Made by a program: the position numbers and the translations under genes. The notes beneath the pieces are model-generated. The model worked only from the letters and a program-made list of their open reading frames with translations. It was not told where the DNA came from and made no database searches. Below are positions 44,330-53,394 of a DNA stretch of 64,000 nucleotides, piece by piece (position 1 is the stretch's first letter; each line of letters begins with the position of its first letter). The stretch covers positions 14,405 through 78,404 of the forward strand of contig JBEKGS010000007.1 in the NCBI GenBank assembly GCA_050012675.1, read 5' to 3'. The stretch comes from Acidimicrobiales bacterium (GTDB taxonomy: Bacteria; Actinomycetota; Acidimicrobiia; Acidimicrobiales; Bog-793).

Positions 44330-45365
44330 GTCGGAACGTCCGTTTCCTCATGACCTCGGCGAGCCGGAGAGCAATCCCCCGGTCCAGGGTGATGGCGAGA
44401 ACGAGAAGAAGACCGTCAAAGGCTGGATCCCAGAACGGCGACACGCCGAGGGCATACAGGGCAGTGGCGATGGTCGAAAGGAGAAGAGCGCCGAATGCAG
44501 CTCCCGCCGCGCTGCCGCTTCCGCCGAAGATGGCGACACCACCCACCACTACCGCCGTGACAACCGTCAGCTCGTAGCCGGTCCCCGCAGTGGAATCGAC
44601 CGTCCCGTAGAACGACGCCCAGATGACTCCCGCGAGCCCAGCGATGGCACCGCTGATCGCGTAAGCGCTGAAAACGCGTCGCGCGATCGGGATTCCGACC
44701 AGGCGGGCCGCCTCGGGATTCGACCCAATGGCGTAGAGCTCACGTCCCGCCCTGAACGAGCGGAGGGAGTAGGTGCCGATGGCGATGATGATGGCCACGC
44801 AGATCGTGATGTAGGGAACACCGACCACCGAGTCGGAACCGATCGCAGAGAAGTGCGCTGGCAGCGAACTCGCGACGACTTCTCCGCCGCCGATGATCGA
44901 AATGTCGACACCTCGAATGATGTAGAGGGTCGCGAGGGTCACGACCAGTCCGGGCACACGGGCAAACGCGGTAATAGCACCGTTGACAACACCGCATGCG
45001 AGGCCAATCCCGATGCCCACGAGGAAGACGACAGGGATCGGAATCCCATGCACCTGCCCGAAGAGGTCGGAGGAGACGTAAGCGGAAAGACCGAGCACCG
45101 ATCCGACGGAGAGGTCCATTTGCCGGCTGACCACAACCATCGTCTCGCCTAAGGCCAACAGCGCATAGATCGTGGCGTTCAGCAGGACGAACTTGATGTT
45201 CTGCTGTCCCAGGAACCGGGGCTGAATACCCGTGGTCACCGCGATGAAAACGATCAGGACGACGATGATCCCGTACTCTCGAAGACGAAAGACCGTGTCG
45301 ACCAGTCGTTGCGGACTGCCACTGGCTTGTATCAGGGCTGTGTCCTGGCTGCTCATCTCTGGCAC
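44319..45365 (-). CDS. Sugar (rhamnose) ABC transporter permease
   Basis: 348 aa, polytopic. ALGETMVVVSRQMDLSVGS is a CUT2-type permease motif. Confidence 0.9.
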   Translation of the reverse strand: MPEMSSQDTALIQASGSPQRLVDTVFRLREYGIIVVLIVFIAVTTGIQPRFLGQQNIKFVLLNATIYALLALGETMVVVSRQMDLSVGSVLGLSAYVSSDLFGQVHGIPIPVVFLVGIGIGLACGVVNGAITAFARVPGLVVTLATLYIIRGVDISIIGGGEVVASSLPAHFSAIGSDSVVGVPYITICVAIIIAIGTYSLRSFRAGRELYAIGSNPEAARLVGIPIARRVFSAYAISGAIAGLAGVIWASFYGTVDSTAGTGYELTVVTAVVVGGVAIFGGSGSAAGAAFGALLLSTIATALYALGVSPFWDPAFDGLLLVLAITLDRGIALRLAEVMRKRTFRHEP

Positions 45366-45399
45366 CAGCTACCGCTAGGCCCGAAGGTCGGTCGTGTGT

Positions 45400-47076
45400 T
45401 CATGGCGCACGGTGTCCCGGCGCATCGGTCGTCACGAGACCGGGGGCGTCGTGAATCTGCCCCGTGGCCGCGGCCACGATGCGTTCCTCGGAAACCTCGC
45501 TGTGAGAGAACTCGGCGGCAAGCCGCCCCTCCCGCATGACGAGGGTCCGGTTGCCCATCCGCAGGACCTCAGGGAGCTCCGAAGAGATCATCAAAATCGC
45601 GACGCCTTCCTCGGCGGCGAGCCTCTCCAACAGTCGGTGTACCTCAGCCTTCGTCGCCACGTCGATGCCTCGCGTCGGCTCGTCGATGATGAGAAGCGAC
45701 GGGTTGCGGCCAAGCCATTTCGCAAGTACGAGCTTTTGCTGGTTACCCCCGGACAAGGTGGAGGCGTTACCACTTAGCTTCCCGTACTTGAGCCGTAGCC
45801 GGCTTGCCCAGTCGGCTGCGAAGCCCCGTTCGAGGGCGCCCCAAATGAGACCCTTTCGTTTCAGGTGGTCATGGGACGCAAGGGCGATATTGCGGTCGAT
45901 CGCCATCGCCATGACCAGACCCTGCTGGCGCCTGTCCTCGGGGACGAAGCCGACGCCGGCCGCGATCGCGTCAGTCGGCGACCCCGATCGCAGCGGCCGC
46001 CCTTTGACCGACACGCTCCCGGCGTCACGACGGTCGATCCCGAAGATGGCCCGAGCCACCTCGCTGCGACCGGACCCGACAAGGCCGGCAATCACGACGA
46101 TCTCACCGGAATGCACGCTGAAGGACACGTCGGTGAAGACGCCTTCACGACTCAGATGCTCCACGGCGAGGACCACATCGCCAATCTGCTGGCTGGCCCC
46201 CGCGGACCGGTCGACTACTTCGCGACCGACCATCGCCTGCACGAGGTCGTCTGCGACGAGGCCGGCGAGCGGCTTTGTGAACACGTGGCGGCCGTCGCGC
46301 ATCACCGTGACCCGCTGACAGATGTCGAAAACCTCCTGCAGGCGGTGCGAGATGAAGAGCACCGCTGTGCCCTCACGACGGAGCAGTTCGACGATCTCGA
46401 ACAGGCGGTCCACCTCATGGGCAGACAGCGCTGCAGTTGGCTCGTCCATCACGATGATCGACGCGTTCAGCGAGAGCGCCTTCGCGATCTCCATGATCTG
46501 TTGGTCGGCGACCGAGAGCCCTTTGGCGATCCGCCGGGGGTCCAGCCGGACGCCGAGACGCTCGACGATGACGGCAATCTCCTCGTTCATCGTCTTGAAG
46601 TCGATTCGGCGCCCGCTGCGCAGGGGTTCGCGACCGATGAAGACGTTCTCCGCGACGCTCAGGTCCGGGAACACCGATGCTTCCTGGTGGATAACGGCTA
46701 TTCCAGCCGCGCGAGAAGCGGCGGGGCCGTCCAGCCTCATTTCCCGGCCGTTGACCAACAGGCGACCGGAGTCGGGCATGTGTACGCCAGCCAGGATCTT
46801 GACCAGGGTCGATTTGCCGGCACCGTTCTCGCCGACAAGACCGTGCGTCTCGCCCCAGTGCAGCTCGATATTGCCATCGACAAGCGCGTGCACGGCACCA
46901 AAGGACTTGGTCGCATGCTCGAGGATCAGAGGGGGACCGGGTGCCTTTTCGCCCAATCCCGGGGCTCCGTCGAGCACCGCCTGCTGAACAGCACCTCCGG
47001 GACCACGATTTCCCTCGTAAGCGACCCTTTGCAAGCTGCTCGGGGAGTTGTCGGGGGGCAGGCCGCCGACCGTCAT
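45400..47076 (-). CDS. Sugar (rhamnose) ABC transporter ATP-binding protein, duplicated ABC domains; start uncertain (47076, GTG 46977 or TTG 46956)
   Basis: Walker A GENGAGKST, a second degenerate GLVGSGRSE, LSGGNQQK signature, IIDEPTRGID. Confidence 0.9.
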   Translation of the reverse strand: MTVGGLPPDNSPSSLQRVAYEGNRGPGGAVQQAVLDGAPGLGEKAPGPPLILEHATKSFGAVHALVDGNIELHWGETHGLVGENGAGKSTLVKILAGVHMPDSGRLLVNGREMRLDGPAASRAAGIAVIHQEASVFPDLSVAENVFIGREPLRSGRRIDFKTMNEEIAVIVERLGVRLDPRRIAKGLSVADQQIMEIAKALSLNASIIVMDEPTAALSAHEVDRLFEIVELLRREGTAVLFISHRLQEVFDICQRVTVMRDGRHVFTKPLAGLVADDLVQAMVGREVVDRSAGASQQIGDVVLAVEHLSREGVFTDVSFSVHSGEIVVIAGLVGSGRSEVARAIFGIDRRDAGSVSVKGRPLRSGSPTDAIAAGVGFVPEDRRQQGLVMAMAIDRNIALASHDHLKRKGLIWGALERGFAADWASRLRLKYGKLSGNASTLSGGNQQKLVLAKWLGRNPSLLIIDEPTRGIDVATKAEVHRLLERLAAEEGVAILMISSELPEVLRMGNRTLVMREGRLAAEFSHSEVSEERIVAAATGQIHDAPGLVTTDAPGHRAP

Positions 47077-47292
47077 CTCGACGTGCTCTTCCGCAAGTCA
47101 CCCTCCGCCCCGATGCCCCCGTGCTCCGAAGTGTCGGTGTGCCGGCCGTCGCACAGCTCCGCGTGCTGTCCCTGTGTTGCGACAGACACCGTCGTGTACC
47201 GTGACGAGCACGATGTCATTGCCATTTCTCCAGCCCGTACATCCTGCCAGTCCCACGACATTCCTCGGTCCCAGCCTTCTTCTGCGAGGGAA

Positions 47293-47304
47293 TGAATCGT
47301 TTCA
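47293..47304. promoter_or_regulatory. Candidate LacI-family operator core TGAATCGTTTCA in the divergent regulator/transporter region
   Basis: Imperfect palindrome of the generic LacI-family type (TGNAANCGNTTNCA-like), read directly. Confidence 0.4.
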
Positions 47305-47450
47305 AGACGGGCACGCAACACATAAGCCGTTGCGGTCCGCTGGAACAGCCGCCATAGGTTCCCGAGCAAAGGAGGTCCAATCCACCTTGCTCACAGTCTT
47401 ACGGGTCCGAACGCTAACGAGGTGACTATTCCCTGTCAAGGCAGCAGACG

Positions 47451-48596
47451 ATGACAAGGGACCGTTCATCCGAGGGCGATCACGACTTGGTTCCAGATGA
47501 GAGCGCGGCGTCAGCCGAGAGGCGTCGGTCGGGCGCTTCCGGGGTCGGACGCACGCCTGCACAGCGGCGGGTCACCATCCGGGAGGTCGCCAACATCGCC
47601 AAGGTCTCCCTCGGCACCGTATCGAACGTGCTCAACAAGCCCTCGGTCGTGGCCCCTGACACTCGTAAGCGGGTTCTCGACGTGATCGACGCCACTCGGT
47701 TCGTTCGCAATACGGCGGCGCACCAGTTGAGAGTGGGCAAGAGCCGCACGATCGGCGTCGTCCTGCTTGACATCGCCAACCCCTTCTTCACTGAGATAGT
47801 CCGCGGCGCTGAGCACGTGCTGCGGGAACAGAACTACGTCCTGATGGTCTGCTCAACCGACGAGTCGGCGAGACGCGAGCAGCGCTACCTGCGCGTGCTC
47901 GAGGAGCATCGGGTGGACGGCCTCCTCGTGTCCCCGGTCGACAGCGACCTGGAGAGTGCGGTTGCGATTGCGGCCCGCGGGATCCCGACGGTGCTGCTGG
48001 ACCGGGACGGCAGCAGCCGCGGGCTGTGCTCCGCTGCGGTGGACGACATCCGAGGTGCCGAACTGGCCGCCGACCACCTCTTCGATATGGGGCACCGGGC
48101 GATCGCACTCGTCAACGGCCCGACTACGATCCGGCAGTGCATCGACCGCTTGGAGGGGGCTAAGCGGTCGGCACGACGGGCTGGTCCACGCGGCCGGGTC
48201 TCGCTCCAAGAGATCGTGGTAGGCGCTCTCACCATTGACCGTGGCGAGGGTGCCGTGGCGGCGCTGCTCGCCACCGAGCCCCGTCCGAGCGCGGTGATGT
48301 GCGCCAACGACCTTCTCGCCTTCGGAGTGCTTCGGGGGCTCGCCGCGGCCGGGGTCGCCGTTCCCGACCAGATGGCTGTCGTCGGCTATGACGACGTGGT
48401 ATTCGCCTCTATGTTGTCGCCCTCGCTCAGTTCTGTACGCCAGCCCAAGTACGAGCTGGGGGTCGCCGCCGCCGAACTGCTCCTCGAAGAGGTAGCCGGC
48501 GCCACCCACGAGCATCGGGCCGTTCGTTTCGAGCCCGAGCTCGTCGTACGCGCTTCGAGCACGCCCCGAGCCGGAACGCCTCACGGACGATCGTGA
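47451..48596 (+). CDS. LacI family transcriptional regulator (probable rhamnose locus repressor); about 40-aa N-terminal extension, start uncertain
   Basis: HTH VTIREVANIAKVSLGTVSNVLNKPSVVAPDTRKRV and a periplasmic-binding-protein-like effector domain. Divergent from the ABC transporter. Confidence 0.9.
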   Translation: MTRDRSSEGDHDLVPDESAASAERRRSGASGVGRTPAQRRVTIREVANIAKVSLGTVSNVLNKPSVVAPDTRKRVLDVIDATRFVRNTAAHQLRVGKSRTIGVVLLDIANPFFTEIVRGAEHVLREQNYVLMVCSTDESARREQRYLRVLEEHRVDGLLVSPVDSDLESAVAIAARGIPTVLLDRDGSSRGLCSAAVDDIRGAELAADHLFDMGHRAIALVNGPTTIRQCIDRLEGAKRSARRAGPRGRVSLQEIVVGALTIDRGEGAVAALLATEPRPSAVMCANDLLAFGVLRGLAAAGVAVPDQMAVVGYDDVVFASMLSPSLSSVRQPKYELGVAAAELLLEEVAGATHEHRAVRFEPELVVRASSTPRAGTPHGRS

Positions 48597-48661
48597 CCTC
48601 ACGGATGCTCAATATTCGCTTGCGACCCTCGAACCGGCCCGGAAGGCACGAACAGAACAGA

Positions 48662-50086
48662 TCAACTGGATCGCGACCGCTCCTGCCACCAGGCGTCGAG
48701 ACGTCGCAAGATCTCCTCCTCGTCCAGCAGTCCTTCGTCCAGACGGATCTGCAACAGGAATTGGAGTGCTGCGCCCACTTCGCGCCCGGGAGGGATGCCG
48801 AGACGCGCCATCACCGCGATGCCGTCCAGTTGCGGGCGTATGGCCTCCAGCTCCTCAAGCTTGCGAAGCTCGACGAGGCGTTGCTCAAGTTCATCAATTC
48901 GTAGGCCGAGCTCTCTTGCCTTGGCTTCGTTGCGCGTCGTGCAGTCGCAGCGGGTGAGCTCGTTCAGAAGGCCGAGCAGCGGGCCTGCGTCGTGGGCGTA
49001 GCGGCGTGCGGCCGAATCGGTCCAACCCATCTTGTAGGTGTGGAACCGCAAGTGAAGCTCTACCAACCTCGCCACGTCGTCGATGACGTCGGTGGGATAG
49101 CGAAGCTCCTGCATTCTCTTGCGGGTGAGCCTCGACCCGACAACGTCGTGGTGGTGAAAGTGGACCCCGCCTGCACTTATCGAGCGCGTCGCGGGTTTGC
49201 CGATGTCGTGAAAAAGCGCGGCTAGACGAAGGATCCTCTCGGGGCTTGTCTTTTCGACAACGGCGATCGTATGAGCAAGGACGTCCTTGTGACGCTGAAT
49301 CGGGTCCTGCTCAAGAGCCAGGGCCGGCAGTTCGGGCAGGAATTCGTCTGCCAGCCCAGTATTGAGGAGAAACCAGAGCCCTGCTGACGGACGGGGCAAC
49401 ACGAGCAACTTGTCAAACTCGTCCCTGATTCGCTCCCTCGAAACGATCGCGAGACGGGAGTGCATTGCCTCCACCGCAGCTACAAGCTGAGCGTCCGGCT
49501 CCAGCTCGTAGCCAGCGACGAATCGGGCGGCTCGGAGCATGCGCAGGGGATCGTCCGAAAAGGACACCTCGGGTTCGAGCGGCGTGCGCAAGCGCTTTTC
49601 CGCCAGATCGGTGATGCCGTTGAACGGATCAATCAGAACGAGGTCCGGCAAGCTGAGGGCCATGGCGTTCACCGTGAAGTCCCGGCGCGACAGGTCGGTC
49701 TCGATGTCGCTGCCGAACCTCACTTCGGGCTTGCGTGATTCCGGCACGTAGACCTCGGCCCTGTGGGTCGTGATCTCGAAACGGCGCCCCGCGCGCATGA
49801 TTCCGATGGTCCCGAATCGCTTGCCCTGGGTCCATAGGGCGTCACCCAGATCGGAGACCAGCTCCTCGATCTCGTCAGGCGTCGCGTCCGTGGTCAGGTC
49901 GATGTCGACCTCCGGCCCGGCTTCCACACCACCGGGCCGCCCTGCGATGCCGTCCCGCACGGGGCCACCTACGAGGAAGACCTTCTTGCCGGCGGACTGG
50001 AAACGTTCCGCTACCGGCAGAGTCGCCTCAAGAACCGGGCGGAGCCGCTCGGGGACCACGGTCGAAGAAGTCGGCTTGCGGCTCAT
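48662..50086 (-). CDS. cca: CCA tRNA nucleotidyltransferase (actinobacterial PcnA type)
   Basis: FLVGGPVRD, DIDLTTDATPDE, RRDFTVNAMA and an HD-like C-terminal part; 474 aa. Confidence 0.9.
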   Translation of the reverse strand: MSRKPTSSTVVPERLRPVLEATLPVAERFQSAGKKVFLVGGPVRDGIAGRPGGVEAGPEVDIDLTTDATPDEIEELVSDLGDALWTQGKRFGTIGIMRAGRRFEITTHRAEVYVPESRKPEVRFGSDIETDLSRRDFTVNAMALSLPDLVLIDPFNGITDLAEKRLRTPLEPEVSFSDDPLRMLRAARFVAGYELEPDAQLVAAVEAMHSRLAIVSRERIRDEFDKLLVLPRPSAGLWFLLNTGLADEFLPELPALALEQDPIQRHKDVLAHTIAVVEKTSPERILRLAALFHDIGKPATRSISAGGVHFHHHDVVGSRLTRKRMQELRYPTDVIDDVARLVELHLRFHTYKMGWTDSAARRYAHDAGPLLGLLNELTRCDCTTRNEAKARELGLRIDELEQRLVELRKLEELEAIRPQLDGIAVMARLGIPPGREVGAALQFLLQIRLDEGLLDEEEILRRLDAWWQERSRSS

Positions 50087-51105
50087 CTGGTGAACGCCGC
50101 CCGATGGTATCGCCCAGCCGTCGCTATGACCTCACGTGCCTGTCGTGTGGTCTGGCCCCTCGAAGCGGGCTCCGGGCGATAGTCCACTCCGCCGAGCGCA
50201 GCCACGCATGCCCCTACGCAGAGGGCCAGCGAATGGAGGTCGTAGCCTCCTTCGAGAAAAGCGACAAGACGACTTCGCGCTACCAAGTGCACCGCTTTGG
50301 AAGCCAGGTCTGCGAAGTCGCCCGCGGTGAGCCCAAGATCCGTCAGCGGATCGGCGCGATGAGCGTCAAAGCCGGCGGAGATCAGCAACCATTCCGGGGC
50401 GAATTCCTCGGCCAGTGGCGCGATGACGTCGTCGAACGCCAGACGATAGGCGTCGCCTGCAGTGCCGGCAGGAAACGGCAGATTGACCGTCGCACCCATC
50501 CCCGCGCCCGCGCCGACTTCGCTCAGTGATCCGGTGCCGGGGTAGAAGGGGAACTGATGGAGCGAAACGTAAAGAACCTCAGAGCTCTCGTAGAAGATCT
50601 CCTGGGTCCCATTGCCGTGGTGCGCGTCCCAGTCGAGCACCATCACCCGCTCACCACGCGCGGCGATCGATCCGGCCGTAACGGCCACGTTGTTGAACAA
50701 ACAGAAGCCCATCGCCCTTGCCCCGAGCGCGTGATGTCCGGGGGGTCGGACCGCGAGAAACGCGACGTCACCTTCGCCATTTCGTAGGCGTTCGACGGCG
50801 TCCAAGCCGGCACCGGCGGCACGGAGAGCTGCGTCGAAGGAGGCGGGGACAGCAACCGTGTCCTGATCCAGGTGGCCACCTCCACTGAGGCAATGATCCT
50901 CGATGCGCTCGATGTAGGACGGGTCATGGACGATCTCGAGCTCTTCGGGCGTCGCACGACGGGGTTCGAAGGGGACTGTCACTTCAGCTGCCGGCGAGGC
51001 TTCGACACCGGCAAAGACGGCCTCCAGGCGTTCAGCGCGCTCGGGGTGCCATTGGCCTGTGACGTGTGCTGCGAACTCCTCGTGACGTCCGAACAGCACT
51101 ACCAT
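50083..51105 (-). CDS. Histone deacetylase / acetoin-utilisation (AcuC-like) family deacetylase
   Basis: RPPGHHA, DWDAHHGNGTQ and FYPGTG motifs. Start set at ATG 51105 (340 aa). Its stop overlaps the cca start (ATGA). Confidence 0.85.
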   Translation of the reverse strand: MVVLFGRHEEFAAHVTGQWHPERAERLEAVFAGVEASPAAEVTVPFEPRRATPEELEIVHDPSYIERIEDHCLSGGGHLDQDTVAVPASFDAALRAAGAGLDAVERLRNGEGDVAFLAVRPPGHHALGARAMGFCLFNNVAVTAGSIAARGERVMVLDWDAHHGNGTQEIFYESSEVLYVSLHQFPFYPGTGSLSEVGAGAGMGATVNLPFPAGTAGDAYRLAFDDVIAPLAEEFAPEWLLISAGFDAHRADPLTDLGLTAGDFADLASKAVHLVARSRLVAFLEGGYDLHSLALCVGACVAALGGVDYRPEPASRGQTTRQAREVIATAGRYHRAAFTR

Positions 51106-51153
51106 TCCACGACCGTACCGCTCCGGACCACCTGTGCGCTCCAGCCCACCTGT

Positions 51154-53394
51154 ATGAGAGTGCTGCGCACAGATAGGCTCCCTTCGTCTCGCGTGTCCGA
51201 TCGGAGGACAAGACAACAGTTGCCGTCCGCCTCATGGCCCAGGGATGCCCAGTCGGCGTTGACGTCGCTCGGGCGGTTCACCGCACGGGCCGTACTCGCC
51301 TTGTTCGCCGCCGTCACCTTGGTTCTTGCAACCGCCTCGATGGGCCATCTGGGTCCTGCGGCAGCCCAGGCGATCCCCAAAGGTGTCATCACGCTCGTAT
51401 CGCAGACCACGTGGGTACGAAGCTCGAGTGCCCCTGTTCGCCTCGGTCTCAGAGTGCGTTCGCCGGTTGCAACTAAAGATCTCCTGGTCGACGTGGCGCT
51501 CTACACCGAACCGGACCAATCGGCGCTGGCGAGCCGTTATGAATTCAACACAACGCTCACCGGGCAGCTCGCAGGACTCAACCAGCTCGGCCTCACGACT
51601 TTCTCGCTGACCTCCTTGAGCCAGACCGATGGCTCGGTGGAGATCTACGTGACGGGGTCCGAGCTCACCGGCCAAGTCCCCCAAGATGTGCCTTCCGGTC
51701 AGGTGTTCCAGCTTCCTTGCCCACAACGTTACGGGGGCTGCGAGGGCGTTTACCCGCTTCAGGTGTCCCTCGTCGATGTCTTCACCGGCCAGCCGGTCAC
51801 CATCGACTCCTTCACGACGTACCTGATCGTGGTCCCCTCGACGCCCGCCCCTCAAGAACGGCTCCGTTTCTCGTTCGTCTTGCCGGTCGGGGTCCCACCG
51901 GCCTTCACGCCTGGTGGACACGCGCAAGAGCCCCGCGGGACCCTCTCCCGGATCGAGACCGTTGCGGCAGCGGAGGCGAGTTGGCCTCAGGCGCCACTCA
52001 CTCTCGACCTCTACGGTCAGACTCTGCTGGCCCTGGCTCAAACCAGCAAGCATGCCCGGCTTGTCCGCGCGCTCGTCTCCGATGCGGGCACTTTGGTGGC
52101 CGGGCCTTTCAGTGCCGTCAATCCGACGCGGCTCATCCGCGCCGGTCTGGAAGACGACCTCGCGAGCCAGTTCGCTCGCAGCGACGAGGTCTTCGAGAGA
52201 GTGCTCCACACATCGGCAACGGCGGGCACCTACGTCGCAACCACGCCGATCGGCTCCCGCGGCGTAGCAGAACTTGCCGCGGACGGCATTACCCGCATTG
52301 TGGTCCCGGAGAACAATCTCGAGTCGCTTCCGAACTCGGGGCCAGCCGCGGTCCAATGGCCTTACACGCTCTCAGCCCCGTTTCGCATCGCTGGCTCCAC
52401 CATCGAGGGCTTGCAGGCAGATCCCGGCCTGGCAGCGCATCTGAGTGCGCCGGGCAGTCCGGCGCTCAGGACTCAGCAGCTGCTCGCTGACCTGGCCGAG
52501 CTCTATTTCGACTCGCCGGACTACCCGCAAGAAAGGGGTGTGGCCCTGGTTGCTCCGCAGTCCTGGGCGCCAGACGCGGGGTTCCTCAACGCGACGCTGC
52601 AGGGGCTCGCCAACAGCCCAATCATCAAGACGGTGCCTCTCGGCCAGCTCTTCCAGACGGTCCCCGTGGGAACTTGCCAGGAACCACCCAGCGTCGTCAC
52701 AGGTTGTTCAGCGGCAGTTCGTTCGATCCTCAGTCCGGCACTCACTGGCGAGTCGATCACCGTCGGTCAGGTGCAAGCGGCTCGCGCTCAGCTGGCTGAG
52801 CTCTCTTCCATAATCCCGAGCGACACGACCACTATCAACGCCCTTGACAACGGAATCTTGTTGGCCGAAACCGCCGGACTGGATATCGCCACCCGACAGA
52901 CGTACTTGTCGGCGCCTCTCGCCCTGATGAGCAGACTCGGGTCTGATCTCAGCCTTCCGGCCGGCCGCACGGTGACAGTGACGTCGTCTTCGGCCAGGCT
53001 CCCTCTCGCCATCACCTCGACGTCGAGGACGCCGCTTCATGTCATCTTGTTGGTCTCAGGGCCGAACCTGACCTCGTCGACCGATGTTCCAGTCGTGCTC
53101 AAGCACGGCACGACCAGCTTCATCGTTCGGGTGGGGACCCGCACGTCCGGCGATTCGACCCTTCAGCTGCAGCTCGTCTCGCCGGGTGGTCTGCTTCAGC
53201 TGGCAAGCGCCCAGTTCACCATCCGATCCACGGCCATCTCGGGTGTCGCGATCGCCCTCAGCGCTGGTGCGGGGGCCTTTCTCCTCTTCTGGTGGTTCCG
53301 CTCCGCCTCGCGGCGGCGGCGCCATGCTGCCCGGCGCGGTCGCAACAGGCAGCGCGCGCCAGCGTCGGACACCCTCGCGGAACCGGCCTCGTGA
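51154..53394 (+). CDS. Conserved actinobacterial exported protein upstream of murJ (Rv3909-like by synteny); start uncertain (ATG 51154 or TTG 51259)
   Basis: N-terminal signal/TM segment AVLALFAAVTLVLATASMGHLGPAAAQA, a large extracytoplasmic body, and a C-terminal TM plus Arg-rich tail (AGAFLLFWWFRSASRRRRH). The ORF-track start at 50872 overlaps the deacetylase gene and is rejected. Confidence 0.7.
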   Translation: MRVLRTDRLPSSRVSDRRTRQQLPSASWPRDAQSALTSLGRFTARAVLALFAAVTLVLATASMGHLGPAAAQAIPKGVITLVSQTTWVRSSSAPVRLGLRVRSPVATKDLLVDVALYTEPDQSALASRYEFNTTLTGQLAGLNQLGLTTFSLTSLSQTDGSVEIYVTGSELTGQVPQDVPSGQVFQLPCPQRYGGCEGVYPLQVSLVDVFTGQPVTIDSFTTYLIVVPSTPAPQERLRFSFVLPVGVPPAFTPGGHAQEPRGTLSRIETVAAAEASWPQAPLTLDLYGQTLLALAQTSKHARLVRALVSDAGTLVAGPFSAVNPTRLIRAGLEDDLASQFARSDEVFERVLHTSATAGTYVATTPIGSRGVAELAADGITRIVVPENNLESLPNSGPAAVQWPYTLSAPFRIAGSTIEGLQADPGLAAHLSAPGSPALRTQQLLADLAELYFDSPDYPQERGVALVAPQSWAPDAGFLNATLQGLANSPIIKTVPLGQLFQTVPVGTCQEPPSVVTGCSAAVRSILSPALTGESITVGQVQAARAQLAELSSIIPSDTTTINALDNGILLAETAGLDIATRQTYLSAPLALMSRLGSDLSLPAGRTVTVTSSSARLPLAITSTSRTPLHVILLVSGPNLTSSTDVPVVLKHGTTSFIVRVGTRTSGDSTLQLQLVSPGGLLQLASAQFTIRSTAISGVAIALSAGAGAFLLFWWFRSASRRRRHAARRGRNRQRAPASDTLAEPAS

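Noticed and set aside
50872-51153. Upstream extension of the 840-aa plus-strand ORF, and likewise extensions of the dnaB (to 21454), ssb (to 23020), E2 (to 33500), rhaEW (to 37299) and trxB (56257) ORFs
   Set aside because: The extensions overlap neighbouring well-supported genes or lack family-typical sequence. Internal starts restore normal protein lengths, often with an SD-like sequence or start/stop coupling.
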